DNA of 64,000 nt from Pygmaiobacter massiliensis (GCA_022778585.1 JALFTI010000020.1:27501-91500); one strand, 5' to 3'; counted from the stretch's first letter, positions 1 through 9,181 are shown. Notes: a model not told the origin generated them from the sequence alone. Translations and numbers: made by a program.

Positions 1-155
1 GCAGAAATGCCCACCGGGTGGGAAAGGCTTGCCCCCGGTGCCACCAGCTCCAAAAAGCCCTCCAGACCTTTGCGCAAAAGCAGCGAAACGACCAGGTAAA
101 CCAAAACGGTGGCACCGGTCAGGTTGGCGCAGTAATAAAACCGATCCTTTTTCAT
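1..155 (-). CDS. hypothetical membrane protein, N-terminal fragment (gene runs off left edge)
   Basis: ATG at 155-153 on the minus strand, with a GGAAAGGAAG purine run about 10 nt upstream. Translation MKKDRFYYCANLTGATVLVYLVVSLLLRKGLEGF... contains a hydrophobic helix and stays open to position 1. Too short for the ORF track. No family recognised. Confidence 0.3.
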   Translation of the reverse strand, partial: MKKDRFYYCANLTGATVLVYLVVSLLLRKGLEGFLELVAPGASLSHPVGIS

Positions 156-415
156 AAAAAGGGTTCTTCCTTTCCCCCAAAACCGGTTTTGAGACCTATG
201 AAAACCCGGCTGTTTACACAAATATAAAAAACAAAAAATAATATATTTATCATAGCACACCCGCACCAAAAAGGCAAAAAACAAATAAGCAGTCTTTTTT
301 TGTGCCAAAATGGTAGAACAGCAGGCCGGTTTTGACTATAATGGAAGAAAATAGGCGAGCTGCAAGCCTGGGCACGCCCGGTTTTAAAAGTCCGCCCAAG
401 GAGGGAGAGGTTAAC

Positions 416-988
416 ATGTTTCGGCTGGCATTGCCGCAGGATGCACCAGAAATTGTGCAGCTGTATCGGCCCTATGTGGAAAATACCACCGTCACCTTTG
501 AATATGAAACGCCCACCAAGCAGGAAATGGCCCGCAGAATTGAACAGCTTGCCGGCCGCCTGCCCTGGATTTTGGCCTTTCATGAAGGAAAGCTGCTGGG
601 GTATGCCTATGCACACCCCTATGCGGAGCGTGCGGCCTACCAGTGGAGCGTGGAAACCTCGATTTACATGGCCCAGCACGCAAGACATTTGGGGGTGGGC
701 CGCCGGCTGTATGGGGCGCTGTTTGAACTGCTGCAGTGCCAGGGGCTGCGATGTGCGGTGGCAATTGTTACAAGCCCCAACCCGGCAAGCGATGCGTTTC
801 ACCAAGCGCTGGGGTTTGAAAAGGTGGGCTTTTTGCCGAATATTGGCTACAAGCAGGAAAAATGGCTGGCGGTGAGCTTGTGGCAAAAAGCAATTGCGCC
901 GGGCGAAAAAACGCCGCCGGCAAAGGTGCGCCCGCTGTGCGAGCTTTGTCCCGAAACGGTTCAAAAAATTTTGCAGGAGTATGCTTAA
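416..988 (+). CDS. GNAT family N-acetyltransferase (phosphinothricin/MSO acetyltransferase-like)
   Basis: RBS GGAGGGAG lies upstream of ATG 416. Translation MFRLALPQDAPEIVQLYRPYVENTTVTFEYE... carries the GNAT acetyl-CoA loop (HARHLGVGRRLY) and looks like the PAT/YwnH family. The track start at 332 is judged too early. Confidence 0.85.
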   Translation: MFRLALPQDAPEIVQLYRPYVENTTVTFEYETPTKQEMARRIEQLAGRLPWILAFHEGKLLGYAYAHPYAERAAYQWSVETSIYMAQHARHLGVGRRLYGALFELLQCQGLRCAVAIVTSPNPASDAFHQALGFEKVGFLPNIGYKQEKWLAVSLWQKAIAPGEKTPPAKVRPLCELCPETVQKILQEYA

Positions 989-989
989 A

Positions 990-1478
990 ATGGCCAAGAA
1001 GGAACAAAAAACCAATGTAATGCGGCTGCTGGAAAAGGAAAAAGTGGCTTATATTGCCCACGAATACCCCCATGAAGACGGAGTGATAGACGGCGTGGGA
1101 GTTGCAGCCAAGCTGGGCCAGCCGGTGGAATGTGTTTTTAAAACGCTGGTAACCCGTTCGGCGCGGGGCGGCTTTTTTGTTTTTTGCATTCCGGTTGCGA
1201 AGGAGCTGGACCTGAAAAAGGCGGCCCGGGCGGTAGGGGAAAAATCCATCTCGATGATCCATGTGGCCGAGATCAACCAGGTGACCGGGTATATTCGGGG
1301 CGGCTGCAGCCCTTTGGGCATGAAAAAAAAGTACCCCACCGTGCTGGACCAATCGGCACAGGAGCGGGAACATATTATGGTTTCGGCCGGGAAGATTGGA
1401 TTTCAGGTGGAACTTTGCCCAAAACAGCTGGCACGGCTTGCCGGTGCCACATTTGCCCCGCTGACCCAGGATGAGTAA
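990..1478 (+). CDS. ybaK: Cys-tRNA(Pro)/Cys-tRNA(Cys) deacylase YbaK
   Basis: ATG 990 sits immediately after the upstream stop. Translation MAKKEQKTNVMRLLEKEKVAY...GYIRGGCSPLGMKK matches the YbaK/EbsC editing-domain pattern. Confidence 0.85.
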   Translation: MAKKEQKTNVMRLLEKEKVAYIAHEYPHEDGVIDGVGVAAKLGQPVECVFKTLVTRSARGGFFVFCIPVAKELDLKKAARAVGEKSISMIHVAEINQVTGYIRGGCSPLGMKKKYPTVLDQSAQEREHIMVSAGKIGFQVELCPKQLARLAGATFAPLTQDE

Positions 1479-1664
1479 GGAAAAGAATTTGCCCGGTAAG
1501 GCAAGTTTGTGTTAAAACCCAAACATACAAAAACGGCCGGTCAAGCACCTAAGGCTTAACCGGCCGTTTTTTGCCGCACCGGGAGAAATTTTTTGGGTAT
1601 CCTGTTTTGCCTGCCGGTGGCTGTATATACATAAAACTTTACCTTCGGGCCGTAAACGCAGCCT

Positions 1665-2381
1665 TCAGCGGGTAATGTTTGCCAGTTCGCAGATGACTTC
1701 CCCCGCCAGTACCAGCCCTGCTGCCCCGGGCACAAAGCTTACGCTGCCGGGAGTCTGCCGGCGGCCGGGCTGGCAGGATGGCTCCTGCGCCGGGGTGAGA
1801 GGCGGCTCTTTGGAATAGACAACCTTCAAATGTGCAATCTTGCGTGCCTTCAGTTCCCGGCGCATGACCCGGGCCAGCGGACAGACGCTGGTTTGAGTAA
1901 TGTCACTCACCTCAAAGCGGGAAGGGTCCAGTTTATTGCCGGCCCCCATGGCACTGATAATGGGCACATGGGCTTTGTGGCACAAAGTTACCAGCAAAAG
2001 CTTGGAGGATACCGTATCGATAGCGTCCACCACATAGTCATAGCGATCCATAGGAAACTGGTCGGCATTTTTTTCTTCAAAAAAAACCGGGTATGCGTGT
2101 ACAATTGTGTCCGGGCAGATATCTGCCATTCGCTGGCGCATGACCTCCACCTTCAAACGCCCCAGGGTGGAGTGCAACGCCACCAGCTGCCGGTTTATGT
2201 TGGAGGCCGATACGGTATCCGGGTCAAACAGGCTGATCTCGCCCACACCCGCGCGGCAAAGGGCTTCGGCGGCAAAGCCGCCCACTCCGCCCACGCCAAA
2301 AACTGCTACATGGCTTTGGTTAAGCCGGCATATGGCATCTTCTCCCAAAAGCAGCGCGCTGCGGCTGTATTCTTCCTTCAT
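1665..2381 (-). CDS. tcdA: tRNA threonylcarbamoyladenosine dehydratase (ThiF/MoeB-fold, TcdA/CsdL)
   Basis: Contains VAVFGVGGVGGFAAEAL Rossmann motif and SNINRQ. Length is about 238 aa. RBS GGAAGGGAG lies upstream of the ATG (minus strand). Confidence 0.85.
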   Translation of the reverse strand: MKEEYSRSALLLGEDAICRLNQSHVAVFGVGGVGGFAAEALCRAGVGEISLFDPDTVSASNINRQLVALHSTLGRLKVEVMRQRMADICPDTIVHAYPVFFEEKNADQFPMDRYDYVVDAIDTVSSKLLLVTLCHKAHVPIISAMGAGNKLDPSRFEVSDITQTSVCPLARVMRRELKARKIAHLKVVYSKEPPLTPAQEPSCQPGRRQTPGSVSFVPGAAGLVLAGEVICELANITR

Positions 2382-2509
2382 GGTAAACTCCCTTCCTTTT
2401 GGCGTTGGAAAAACCCATTGCTTTTATCATAAAGGGTTGCGGTGTTTTTTTAAAGCAAAACTTTGCGGGGACTTGTAAAATGTGGGCAGTACCATTGTGG
2501 CAAAAGGCG

Positions 2510-2540
2510 TGGTATAATAGCCGCAAAGCGGCTATTATAC
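2510..2540. promoter_or_regulatory. perfect 13-bp-arm palindrome carrying TATAAT boxes on both strands (extended -10 TGgTATAAT on +)
   Basis: GTATAATAGCCGC-AAA-GCGGCTATTATAC occupies 2512-2540. On the plus strand, TG at 2510-2511 plus TATAAT at 2513-2518 gives an extended -10. The reverse complement gives GTATAAT facing tcdA. No good -35 on either strand. Confidence 0.4.
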
Positions 2541-2860
2541 TTTTATCCTTATGCCGGTTTTCTCACCCCGTTGGGGCAACCGAAAACCATGACAATTTCT
2601 GCCATGCCGGCTTTGCCGCCGTGGCAGAACAGCCGCAAAGCGGCTATTATACTTTTTATTTTTATGCCGGTTTTCTCACCCCGTTGGGGCAACCGAAAAC
2701 CATGGCAATTTCTGCCATGCCGGCTTTGCCGCCGTGGCAGAACAGCCGCAAAGCGGCTATTATACTTTTTATTTTTATGCCGCGCTTTTCGCCCTTTACA
2801 AGGCGGGCAAACCGGGTGGCGGCAGCTATCCGACCGCTGCCGTACAACGGCATCACATCA
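2519..2860. repeat. tandem direct repeat: two ~95%-identical units of 112/113 bp plus a third diverged unit
   Basis: Units start at 2519, 2631 and 2744 with AGCCGCAAAGCGGCTATTATAC. Each unit contains inverted repeats AGCCGC/GCGGCT, GGTTTTC...GAAAACC (enclosing CCCC-GTT-GGGG) and ATGGCA-ATTTC-TGCCAT. The period is not a multiple of 3, so the reading frames change between copies and the repeat is non-coding. Confidence 0.9.
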
Positions 2861-3033
2861 AAGCCTAACCGGCGGCAGGTTTACTGCAGGGCAAAAGCCT
2901 GGCAAAGCCGCCGAAAAAAACAAAAGCGAAAAATCGTTGTAAGTGACAAGTATGTAAAATGCGCTGCTTTGTGCCAAAATGGCAATTTGACCGCCGCGCT
3001 GTTTTGCATGCAGGATAAGGAGACCAGAGAACT

Positions 3034-4722
3034 TTGCCACAACAAGAAGAAAAGAAAGATATGCTGAAAGCACCCGCTGCCGCTTTTACCCATGGCGGTA
3101 AGTTTCATGCCGATGATGTTTTTTCCGCAGCGCTGTTGCGAATTGTTTATCCTAACCTTCCCATTAGTCGAGGGTTTGAGCTTCCGCCCGGGTTTGACGG
3201 CCTGGTATTTGATATTGGCGGCGGCGAATTTGACCACCACGGGCCGCGCGGCCCGGTGCGGGAAAATGGGGTTCCCTATGCGGCGTTTGGGCTGCTGTGG
3301 AGAGCGCTGGGTCCTGGCCTTTTGGGTCAGGAGGAAGCCGACCGGTTCGATGAAACCTTCATTCAGCCGCTGGATCTGGATGACAATACCGGTTGCGGTT
3401 CTGCACTGGCCGCCGCCATTGGCAGCTTTAACCCGGTGTGGGACTCTGACGCGGATGCAGATGAGCGCTTTTGGCAGGCCGAAGCCTTTGCCCAGCAGAT
3501 TTTGTCCAACCGCATAGAACAAATTTTGGCCGACCAGCGCGCAAAAAACCTGGTGGAGCAGGCGTTTAGCCAGCAAAAGGACGGCATTGCTGTTTTGCCC
3601 TGCTTTGCCCCCTGGAAGCGGGTTGCAAAGCAGTGGCCCAAAATTCAGTTTGTCATCTACCCGTCCCAGCGGGGCGGGTATGCGGCACAGGCGGCCAGTT
3701 TGCCCGGCGGTGAACCGGGGCAACTGAAGTGCCCGTTCCCGGCCGCATGGGCGGGGTTGCGGGATGAACAGGCAGCCCGGGTTTCGGGCATAAAAACCCT
3801 GCGCTTTTGCCACAACAGCCGTTTTATGATTACAGCCGAAACCTGTGAAGACGCCAAAGAAGCCTGTTATGCCGCCAAGCGGCAGGCAGCCTGCCGGCTG
3901 CCCGTTGGCGGCAGCTTTGGGCCCAAAGCTGTGGTTTGTGACTGCGACGGCACAGTGGCAAGTGTGCTGCTGCACGAAGCTTCTTTTGAAACCATCTGCC
4001 AGCTGCAGCGTGCGCGCCAGCAGGGGGCGATTGTAATGGTGGCAACCGGCCGCATTTTGCCGGTAGTGCCGCAAAATTTGCGCCAATTGGCAGATTACTG
4101 TGTGTGCGGCAACGGCGCCCTGGCGGCAGGCCGGGGGCAAACGATTCTGTTTAAGGACGAATGGACCAAAGAACAAACTGAACAGCTTACCGCTTTTTGC
4201 AATGCCACCGGCGGTGCGCTGAGCTTTTATTTTGAAGCGGATTACGGCATTTATTCCGGCTATGAAAAGTTTTGGGAATTTTACAAGGTTCACCTGGGCC
4301 GCACCGATTGTATGACCCTGTGCCCTGGGCAGGACCGCCACCTGACCGAGCTGCCCTATGGCGCATTTTATATTGGCTCGGATAAGGCTCTGGCCGATTA
4401 TCTTGCCAGCCACCCGGACCTGCAGGCTGCCCCCTTTATGCCGGGCTATTATGACATTTACAAAAAATCTACAAACAAGGCCAAAATGATCGGCAGGGTG
4501 CTGGAGTATGCCCAGGTTAGCTGGAATGAAACCCTGGCCTTTGGCGATGGCAGCAACGATGTGGAAATGCTGGCAGCCGCCGGTCTTGGCTATGCTATGG
4601 AAAACGGCCGCGACAGCGCCAAAATGGCTGCCGACGCCATTGCTCCTTCGGTGGCAGAAAATGGCATGGCCCAGGTGCTGCAGGCTTTGTACGACCCTTT
4701 GCAAACAGATGATAAGGAGTGA
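3034..4722 (+). CDS. fusion protein: N-terminal MYG1/UPF0160 metal-dependent hydrolase domain + C-terminal Cof-type HAD phosphatase domain
   Basis: The N-terminus has FTHGGKFHADDVFSAALL..GGGEFDHHG, typical of MYG1. From about aa 300 there is VVCDCDGTVASV (HAD motif I), and AFGDGSNDVEMLAAAGLGYAMENG (Cof-type motif IV). The frame is continuous. Start is either TTG 3034 (AGGAG 12 nt upstream) or ATG 3061. Confidence 0.8.
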   Translation: MPQQEEKKDMLKAPAAAFTHGGKFHADDVFSAALLRIVYPNLPISRGFELPPGFDGLVFDIGGGEFDHHGPRGPVRENGVPYAAFGLLWRALGPGLLGQEEADRFDETFIQPLDLDDNTGCGSALAAAIGSFNPVWDSDADADERFWQAEAFAQQILSNRIEQILADQRAKNLVEQAFSQQKDGIAVLPCFAPWKRVAKQWPKIQFVIYPSQRGGYAAQAASLPGGEPGQLKCPFPAAWAGLRDEQAARVSGIKTLRFCHNSRFMITAETCEDAKEACYAAKRQAACRLPVGGSFGPKAVVCDCDGTVASVLLHEASFETICQLQRARQQGAIVMVATGRILPVVPQNLRQLADYCVCGNGALAAGRGQTILFKDEWTKEQTEQLTAFCNATGGALSFYFEADYGIYSGYEKFWEFYKVHLGRTDCMTLCPGQDRHLTELPYGAFYIGSDKALADYLASHPDLQAAPFMPGYYDIYKKSTNKAKMIGRVLEYAQVSWNETLAFGDGSNDVEMLAAAGLGYAMENGRDSAKMAADAIAPSVAENGMAQVLQALYDPLQTDDKE

Positions 4723-4727
4723 TTTGT

Positions 4728-5279
4728 ATGAAAAAAACTGCTAAAAAAGTAAGCCTGGTCGCTTGTTCGCTGGCGCTTTTGCTGGCAGCGTCCATGCTGG
4801 CGGCCTGCCACAGTTCAAGCATATCGACTGAAAGTACACAAGATCCCCAAAGCACGCCGTCGCAGTCTTCCGGCTCGCAAAGTGTTCAGACCCCCACTTC
4901 CACTCCTGCTCCAACGGCTACCCCAACCCCCACTGCTACCCCAACCCCAACCCCCACTCCTACGCCTGATTCGTCTGCGTCTTCTTCGACTGTTATGGCC
5001 GACTGGCAGACCGGCTATTATGAAAAAAATGCAGGCAGCGCGGCCGGCATCAGTCTGCAGATTACCAGTGTGACCAAGGATGGGCTTGCTTTTTCAATTG
5101 ACGCAAAAGGGGTTACGGTTTCCGGTACGGCTGCGCTGCAGGCGGACGGTACCGCACAGTATGTGGGCAGTGACTGCACGCTGTTTTTTACCTGCACCGA
5201 CGGTGCAGTCATTTTGGAAGAGGAAAATAACCAAAATCCCAATGTGAGCTTTGCCGGTACCTACCAGCTGTCCCGCTGA
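4728..5279 (+). CDS. lipoprotein with Thr/Pro-rich linker, unknown function
   Basis: AGGAG lies 8 nt upstream of ATG 4728, and the gene is coupled to the upstream stop. Signal peptide MKKTAKKVSLVACSLALLLAASMLAAC carries the lipobox LAAC, followed by a (TP/TA)n linker. No family recognised for the C-terminal domain. Confidence 0.7.
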   Translation: MKKTAKKVSLVACSLALLLAASMLAACHSSSISTESTQDPQSTPSQSSGSQSVQTPTSTPAPTATPTPTATPTPTPTPTPDSSASSSTVMADWQTGYYEKNAGSAAGISLQITSVTKDGLAFSIDAKGVTVSGTAALQADGTAQYVGSDCTLFFTCTDGAVILEEENNQNPNVSFAGTYQLSR

Positions 5280-5576
5280 TGGGCAAAATTAGCCCTGGCC
5301 CGGCCGGCTTGAAGGCTTTGCCCAAAGCCGAATCGCTGCTAAAGCACAAAACAAGGCAAGTATAAAGCGCAAAACAAATGCCGCAAAAAAGGCATACGGC
5401 CGTGCTTTTGTGCTTTGTGAACGAGCTGGGCTGGAATTTTGTGGGATTTTTGGAGAAACTTGTTAATTTTTTATCAGCACTATTGAGATTTTTGCGGGTA
5501 TAGTATAAAATAAACAAAGCAAAATATTTTAACTGTCTTTGGAATTTTACAAAACGCAAAGGGAGGATTTATCAGT

Positions 5577-6605
5577 ATGGCTGTTAAAGTTGCAATCAAT
5601 GGGTTTGGCCGCATTGGCCGCCTTGCGTTCCGTCAGATGTTCGAGGCCGAGGGCTATGAAGTTGTGGCCATCAACGACCTGACCAGCCCCAAAATGCTGG
5701 CTCACCTGCTGAAGTATGACACCGCACAGGGTAGCTTTGTGGGCAAGATTGGTGAAAACAAGCACACCGTCGAAGCCGGTGAGGACTATATCCTGGTGGA
5801 TGGTAAGAAGATTACCATTTATGCCAAGGCAAATGCTGCCGAGCTGCCCTGGGGCGAAATCGGCGTAGATGTGGTGCTGGAGTGCACCGGTTTCTACACC
5901 AGCAAGGCTAAAGCTCAGGCCCACATTGACGCAGGCGCCAAAAAGGTTGTTATCTCTGCGCCGGCCGGCAACGACCTGCCCACCATTGTGTACAGCGTAA
6001 ACGAGAAGACCCTGACCAAAGAGGACACCGTCATCTCGGCTGCTTCCTGCACCACCAACTGCCTGGCTCCCATGGCCGACACCCTGAATAAAACCTATCC
6101 CATCGTGTCCGGCATTATGACCACCGTGCACGCCTATACCGGCGACCAGATGATTCTGGACGGCCCGCAGCGCAAAGGCGACCTGCGCCGTGCCCGCGCT
6201 GGTGCCCAGAACATTGTTCCCAACTCCACCGGCGCTGCCAAGGCTATCGGCCTGGTTATTCCCGAACTGAACGGCAAGCTGATCGGTTCTGCCCAGCGCG
6301 TGCCTGTGGCCACCGGCTCCACTACCATTCTGGTGGCTGTGGTTAAGGGCAAGGATGTCACCAAGGAGTCCATCAACGCAGCTATGAAGGCTGCTGCTTC
6401 CCAGAGCTTTGGCTACAACGAGGAAGAGATCGTCTCCTCCGATGTAATTGGCATGAAGTACGGCAGCCTGTTCGATGCTACCCAGACCATGGTCACCAAG
6501 ATGGATGAGGACACTTATCAGGTGCAGGTGGTTGCCTGGTACGACAACGAGAACAGCTACACCAGCCAGATGGTGCGCACCATTAAGTATTTTGCCGAGC
6601 TGTAA
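5577..6605 (+). CDS. gap: type I glyceraldehyde-3-phosphate dehydrogenase
   Basis: Contains [15 protein letters not shown] and the active site [12 protein letters not shown]. Length 342 aa. [10 protein letters not shown]. Confidence 0.97.
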   Translation: MAVKVAINGFGRIGRLAFRQMFEAEGYEVVAINDLTSPKMLAHLLKYDTAQGSFVGKIGENKHTVEAGEDYILVDGKKITIYAKANAAELPWGEIGVDVVLECTGFYTSKAKAQAHIDAGAKKVVISAPAGNDLPTIVYSVNEKTLTKEDTVISAASCTTNCLAPMADTLNKTYPIVSGIMTTVHAYTGDQMILDGPQRKGDLRRARAGAQNIVPNSTGAAKAIGLVIPELNGKLIGSAQRVPVATGSTTILVAVVKGKDVTKESINAAMKAAASQSFGYNEEEIVSSDVIGMKYGSLFDATQTMVTKMDEDTYQVQVVAWYDNENSYTSQMVRTIKYFAEL

Positions 6606-6640
6606 GCGACAGCTTAAGCCTGCAAACAAAAATCAGCGCA

Positions 6641-6679
6641 AAAGGCCCCTGCCAAAAGGCAGGGGCCTTTTCCTTTTTT
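6641..6679 (+). terminator. rho-independent terminator of gap
   Basis: AAAGGCCCCTGCC-AAAA-GGCAGGGGCCTTT followed by TCCTTTTTT. Confidence 0.85.
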
Positions 6680-6864
6680 GCAAAGTGCCGCACAAAACCA
6701 TTTGGGCAGGGTGCGCTTTGGCTTAAAGTGGTTTTTGCGCGGTGTGTTTTACCTTTTCAAAACAGGGCGGCAAATAGCGGGGACCTGTTCTGAGCTGTTT
6801 TTGCGAACACTAACCGACAGCTTTTTTAAACCATTTTTAAAAGCAGGCAAAGACAAAAAATTTT

Positions 6865-7953
6865 TCAGAATAGCTCGGTCAAAATGGAATTTTGAACCAA
6901 AAAACCTTTGGGGGTTAAAATAAGCCGGTCATCGGAAAGGCGGCACAAGCCGGCCTTTTCCAGCAGGGTAAGCTTGTTGAACTGGGCACTGGACCAGGTT
7001 ATGCCCCACCGCTTTTTCAGGGTGGGAAGGTGCAGGCCATGGGCCAGCCGCAGCTGCAGCATTATATACTCCTGGGCGTCGGCAGGGCCATCCTCCACAA
7101 AGGCGGCGCGCCCGGCAAGAAATGCCGAAAGGTCGGCCGGAACATGAAAACGCTGGCCCCCCATGCAGGAGTATGCGGCTGCCCCAAGACCAAGGTAATC
7201 GCCCATCTCCCAATAGATCAGGTTATGGCGGCTTTCAAAACCGGGGACGGCAAAGTTTGAAATTTCGTACTGGTGAAACCCATGCCGGTCAAGCTGCTGC
7301 ACTGCATACAGGTAAAAATCTGCAGCTGCGTCCTCGTCGGGCAGGTCCGGGGGAGGTTTTTTGGCAAAGGGGGTGCCCGGTTCAATCTTTAACAAATAAC
7401 AGCTGATATGGGTGACATTGCCCTCCAAAAGAAGCTGCAGGGTATCGTCAAATTCCCGATAGCTGTAACCGGGCAGCGCCAGCATGATATCGCCGCTGAT
7501 ATTTTGGAAACCGGCCTGGGCAGCCATCTGCAAAGCCTGTTTTGCTTTTTGCGCGGTGTGAATGCGGCCAAGCTGTATAAGCTGAGGGTTGCTTGCAGAC
7601 TGCACCCCAAAGGAAAGACGGTTAATTCCGGCCGCCCGGTATCCGGAAAGCTGTTGGACGGTTACCGTGTCGGGGTTTGCTTCCAGCGTAATTTCAGCCC
7701 CCGGCACTGGGCACAGCGCATCCAAAAGCCGGGCAGTCTGGCTGGGGGTCAGCAGGCTGGGAGTACCGCCCCCAAAATATACGGTGTCCGGGCGCAGGCG
7801 GCTGCAGTCACAGTTGGAAAACTGCGAAAGCTGGTCTAAAAGGGCCTGGATATAGGCGTCTGGCACACAATGCGACTGGCCCAGAGAATAAAAATCGCAG
7901 TAGCGGCATTTCTGCCGGCAGTAGGGAATATGCAGGTAAACGCCGAACGCCAT
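6865..7953 (-). CDS. hemW: radical SAM heme chaperone HemW (HemN-like, oxygen-independent coproporphyrinogen oxidase family)
   Basis: N-terminal MAFGVYLHIPYCRQKCRYCDFYS carries the CxxxCxxC radical SAM motif. Length about 362 aa, with a HemN_C-like tail. Confidence 0.9.
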   Translation of the reverse strand: MAFGVYLHIPYCRQKCRYCDFYSLGQSHCVPDAYIQALLDQLSQFSNCDCSRLRPDTVYFGGGTPSLLTPSQTARLLDALCPVPGAEITLEANPDTVTVQQLSGYRAAGINRLSFGVQSASNPQLIQLGRIHTAQKAKQALQMAAQAGFQNISGDIMLALPGYSYREFDDTLQLLLEGNVTHISCYLLKIEPGTPFAKKPPPDLPDEDAAADFYLYAVQQLDRHGFHQYEISNFAVPGFESRHNLIYWEMGDYLGLGAAAYSCMGGQRFHVPADLSAFLAGRAAFVEDGPADAQEYIMLQLRLAHGLHLPTLKKRWGITWSSAQFNKLTLLEKAGLCRLSDDRLILTPKGFLVQNSILTELF

Positions 7954-8085
7954 AAGCTTCCTCCGTTCATAAATTCTTAAAACCAGTATAACATATTCTG
8001 TTTGAGAAAATCATCCACGGCAGGTATAATAAAGAAAACCCCTCTGCGGGTCTTGGGTGAAACAGGAAAGGATGAAAACAAAACC

Positions 8086-8505
8086 ATGACCATAGAAGAG
8101 TACATTCATGAGGTTATTAAGGATTTGGACCTGAGTGAAATGCTGATTGGCAAAATATCCAACGACCTACGAAAGGAACTTACCAGTGCGGTGGAGGGCG
8201 GCCTTACCGAGGAGCAGGCCACCGCGCAGCGGGGCTGGCCGGAACAGGTGGCTATTGAGTTGATGCAGAAGTATGACAAAACCGCTCAGCAAAAGCAATC
8301 GCGGGAGGGCAAATTACCCATGGTGTTCTGGTGGGGGCTTATGCTTTCCAGTTTGCTGTTCAGCATTAAATGGATCACCTGCATGTGGGTGGGTGGCACA
8401 ACCTTTGACAAATTTGGTGTAGCAGCCGGTGCGGCAGGCATGGTGCTGTGCGGGTTTTGGGCGTTGGGGTGGTTTATTCGCAAGAAAAAACAAGAAAACC
8501 AGTAA
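8086..8505 (+). CDS. hypothetical membrane protein (soluble helical N-domain + 2 TM helices)
   Basis: ATG 8086 (MTIEEYIHEVIKDLDLSEML...). The C-terminal half is hydrophobic (VFWWGLMLSSLLF; AAGAAGMVLCGFWALGWFI) and is followed by KKKQENQ. Family uncertain (HAAS/DUF1700-like at best). Confidence 0.5.
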   Translation: MTIEEYIHEVIKDLDLSEMLIGKISNDLRKELTSAVEGGLTEEQATAQRGWPEQVAIELMQKYDKTAQQKQSREGKLPMVFWWGLMLSSLLFSIKWITCMWVGGTTFDKFGVAAGAAGMVLCGFWALGWFIRKKKQENQ

Positions 8506-8672
8506 TAGTTTGCAGTTTAAATGCGTTTTGCCAGCTTTTCAGGGCGTTTTTAAAAACGGTAAAAATAAAAAACCGGCGCCGAGGTAGGCAATGGTTTCCC
8601 GTTTGGAACAATGCGGCATATACTGTGCTGTACACAGCTGAAAAAAGTACTTGCAATTTCTTCCTAAATAGG

Positions 8673-8687
8673 TTATATATTATATAA
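8673..8687. promoter_or_regulatory. Fur-family (PerR-type) 7-1-7 operator candidate
   Basis: TTATATA-T-TATATAA is a perfect inverted repeat 26 nt upstream of the Fur-family gene start. It is close to the Bacillus Per box TTATAATNATTATAA. Confidence 0.55.
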
Positions 8688-8713
8688 GAATTACTCCTAA
8701 TAAGGAGGGAGAA

Positions 8714-9109
8714 ATGGAAAAGCGCAATACCATTCAGCGGCAGCTGGTATTACAGGCAGTGCGGCAGCTTCATACCCAGCACCCTACTGCCGAGCAAATT
8801 TATCAGCAGGTTATCCAGCTGCACCCCAGCATTAGTAAGGCAACCGTTTACCGAAACCTTTCGGTTTTGGCCCAAAGCGGGCAGCTTATGCAGCTGCCCA
8901 TACCGGACCAGGCAGACCGATATGACGATACATTGGCACCCCACTATCATTTGTGCTGTACAGCCTGCGGGCAGGTGGTGGATTTACCCATGACACCGCT
9001 TGAAAACCTGGAAAAGCAAGCACAGGAGGGCAGCGGATGCCAGGTGAAGGACTATGCCCTGGTATTTCGGGGGCTGTGCGGGGTGTGTGCAAAAAAGGCC
9101 GAAGCCTGA
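8714..9109 (+). CDS. Fur family transcriptional regulator (PerR-like)
   Basis: RBS AAGGAGGGAG. Contains NTIQRQLVLQAV...ATVYRNL (winged helix) and two CxxC pairs (CCTACGQ...CGVCAKK). Length 131 aa. Confidence 0.85.
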   Translation: MEKRNTIQRQLVLQAVRQLHTQHPTAEQIYQQVIQLHPSISKATVYRNLSVLAQSGQLMQLPIPDQADRYDDTLAPHYHLCCTACGQVVDLPMTPLENLEKQAQEGSGCQVKDYALVFRGLCGVCAKKAEA

Positions 9110-9181
9110 ATACCGACCGGTGTTTAGCCGGGTATTCGGGTTGGGAATACTACACAATAAAAAAATATGGAGGGAACACAA

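Noticed and set aside
2621-2636. Sigma-54 promoter-like TGGCAG-N8-GCA inside each repeat unit
   Set aside because: GG and GC are at the right spacing, but the -12 element is CCGC instead of TTGC. No enhancer-binding protein gene is nearby. The evidence is too weak to call.
2519-2860. CRISPR array interpretation of the tandem repeats
   Set aside because: The repeat units are directly contiguous at 112/113 bp with no unique spacers. This is far longer than CRISPR repeats, and there are no cas genes in the window.
2881-4704. 607-aa ORF on the minus strand covering the whole MYG1-HAD gene
   Set aside because: It is antisense shadow of a GC-rich gene. The translation is rich in G/A/R/Q/H with no recognisable motif and no RBS. 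The plus-strand frame has clear MYG1 and HAD motifs.
5547-6629. 360-aa minus-strand ORF antisense to gap. The same class includes 16401-17546(-), 22992-24212(-), 26528-27619(-), 31058-32419(-), 36944-38125(-), 45810-46769(-), 50384-51382(+), 20282-21282(-) and 152-1015(-).
   Set aside because: All lie fully inside or across strongly supported genes on the opposite strand. They are long only because stop codons are rare in antisense frames at this GC content. None shows a conserved motif or a credible SD.
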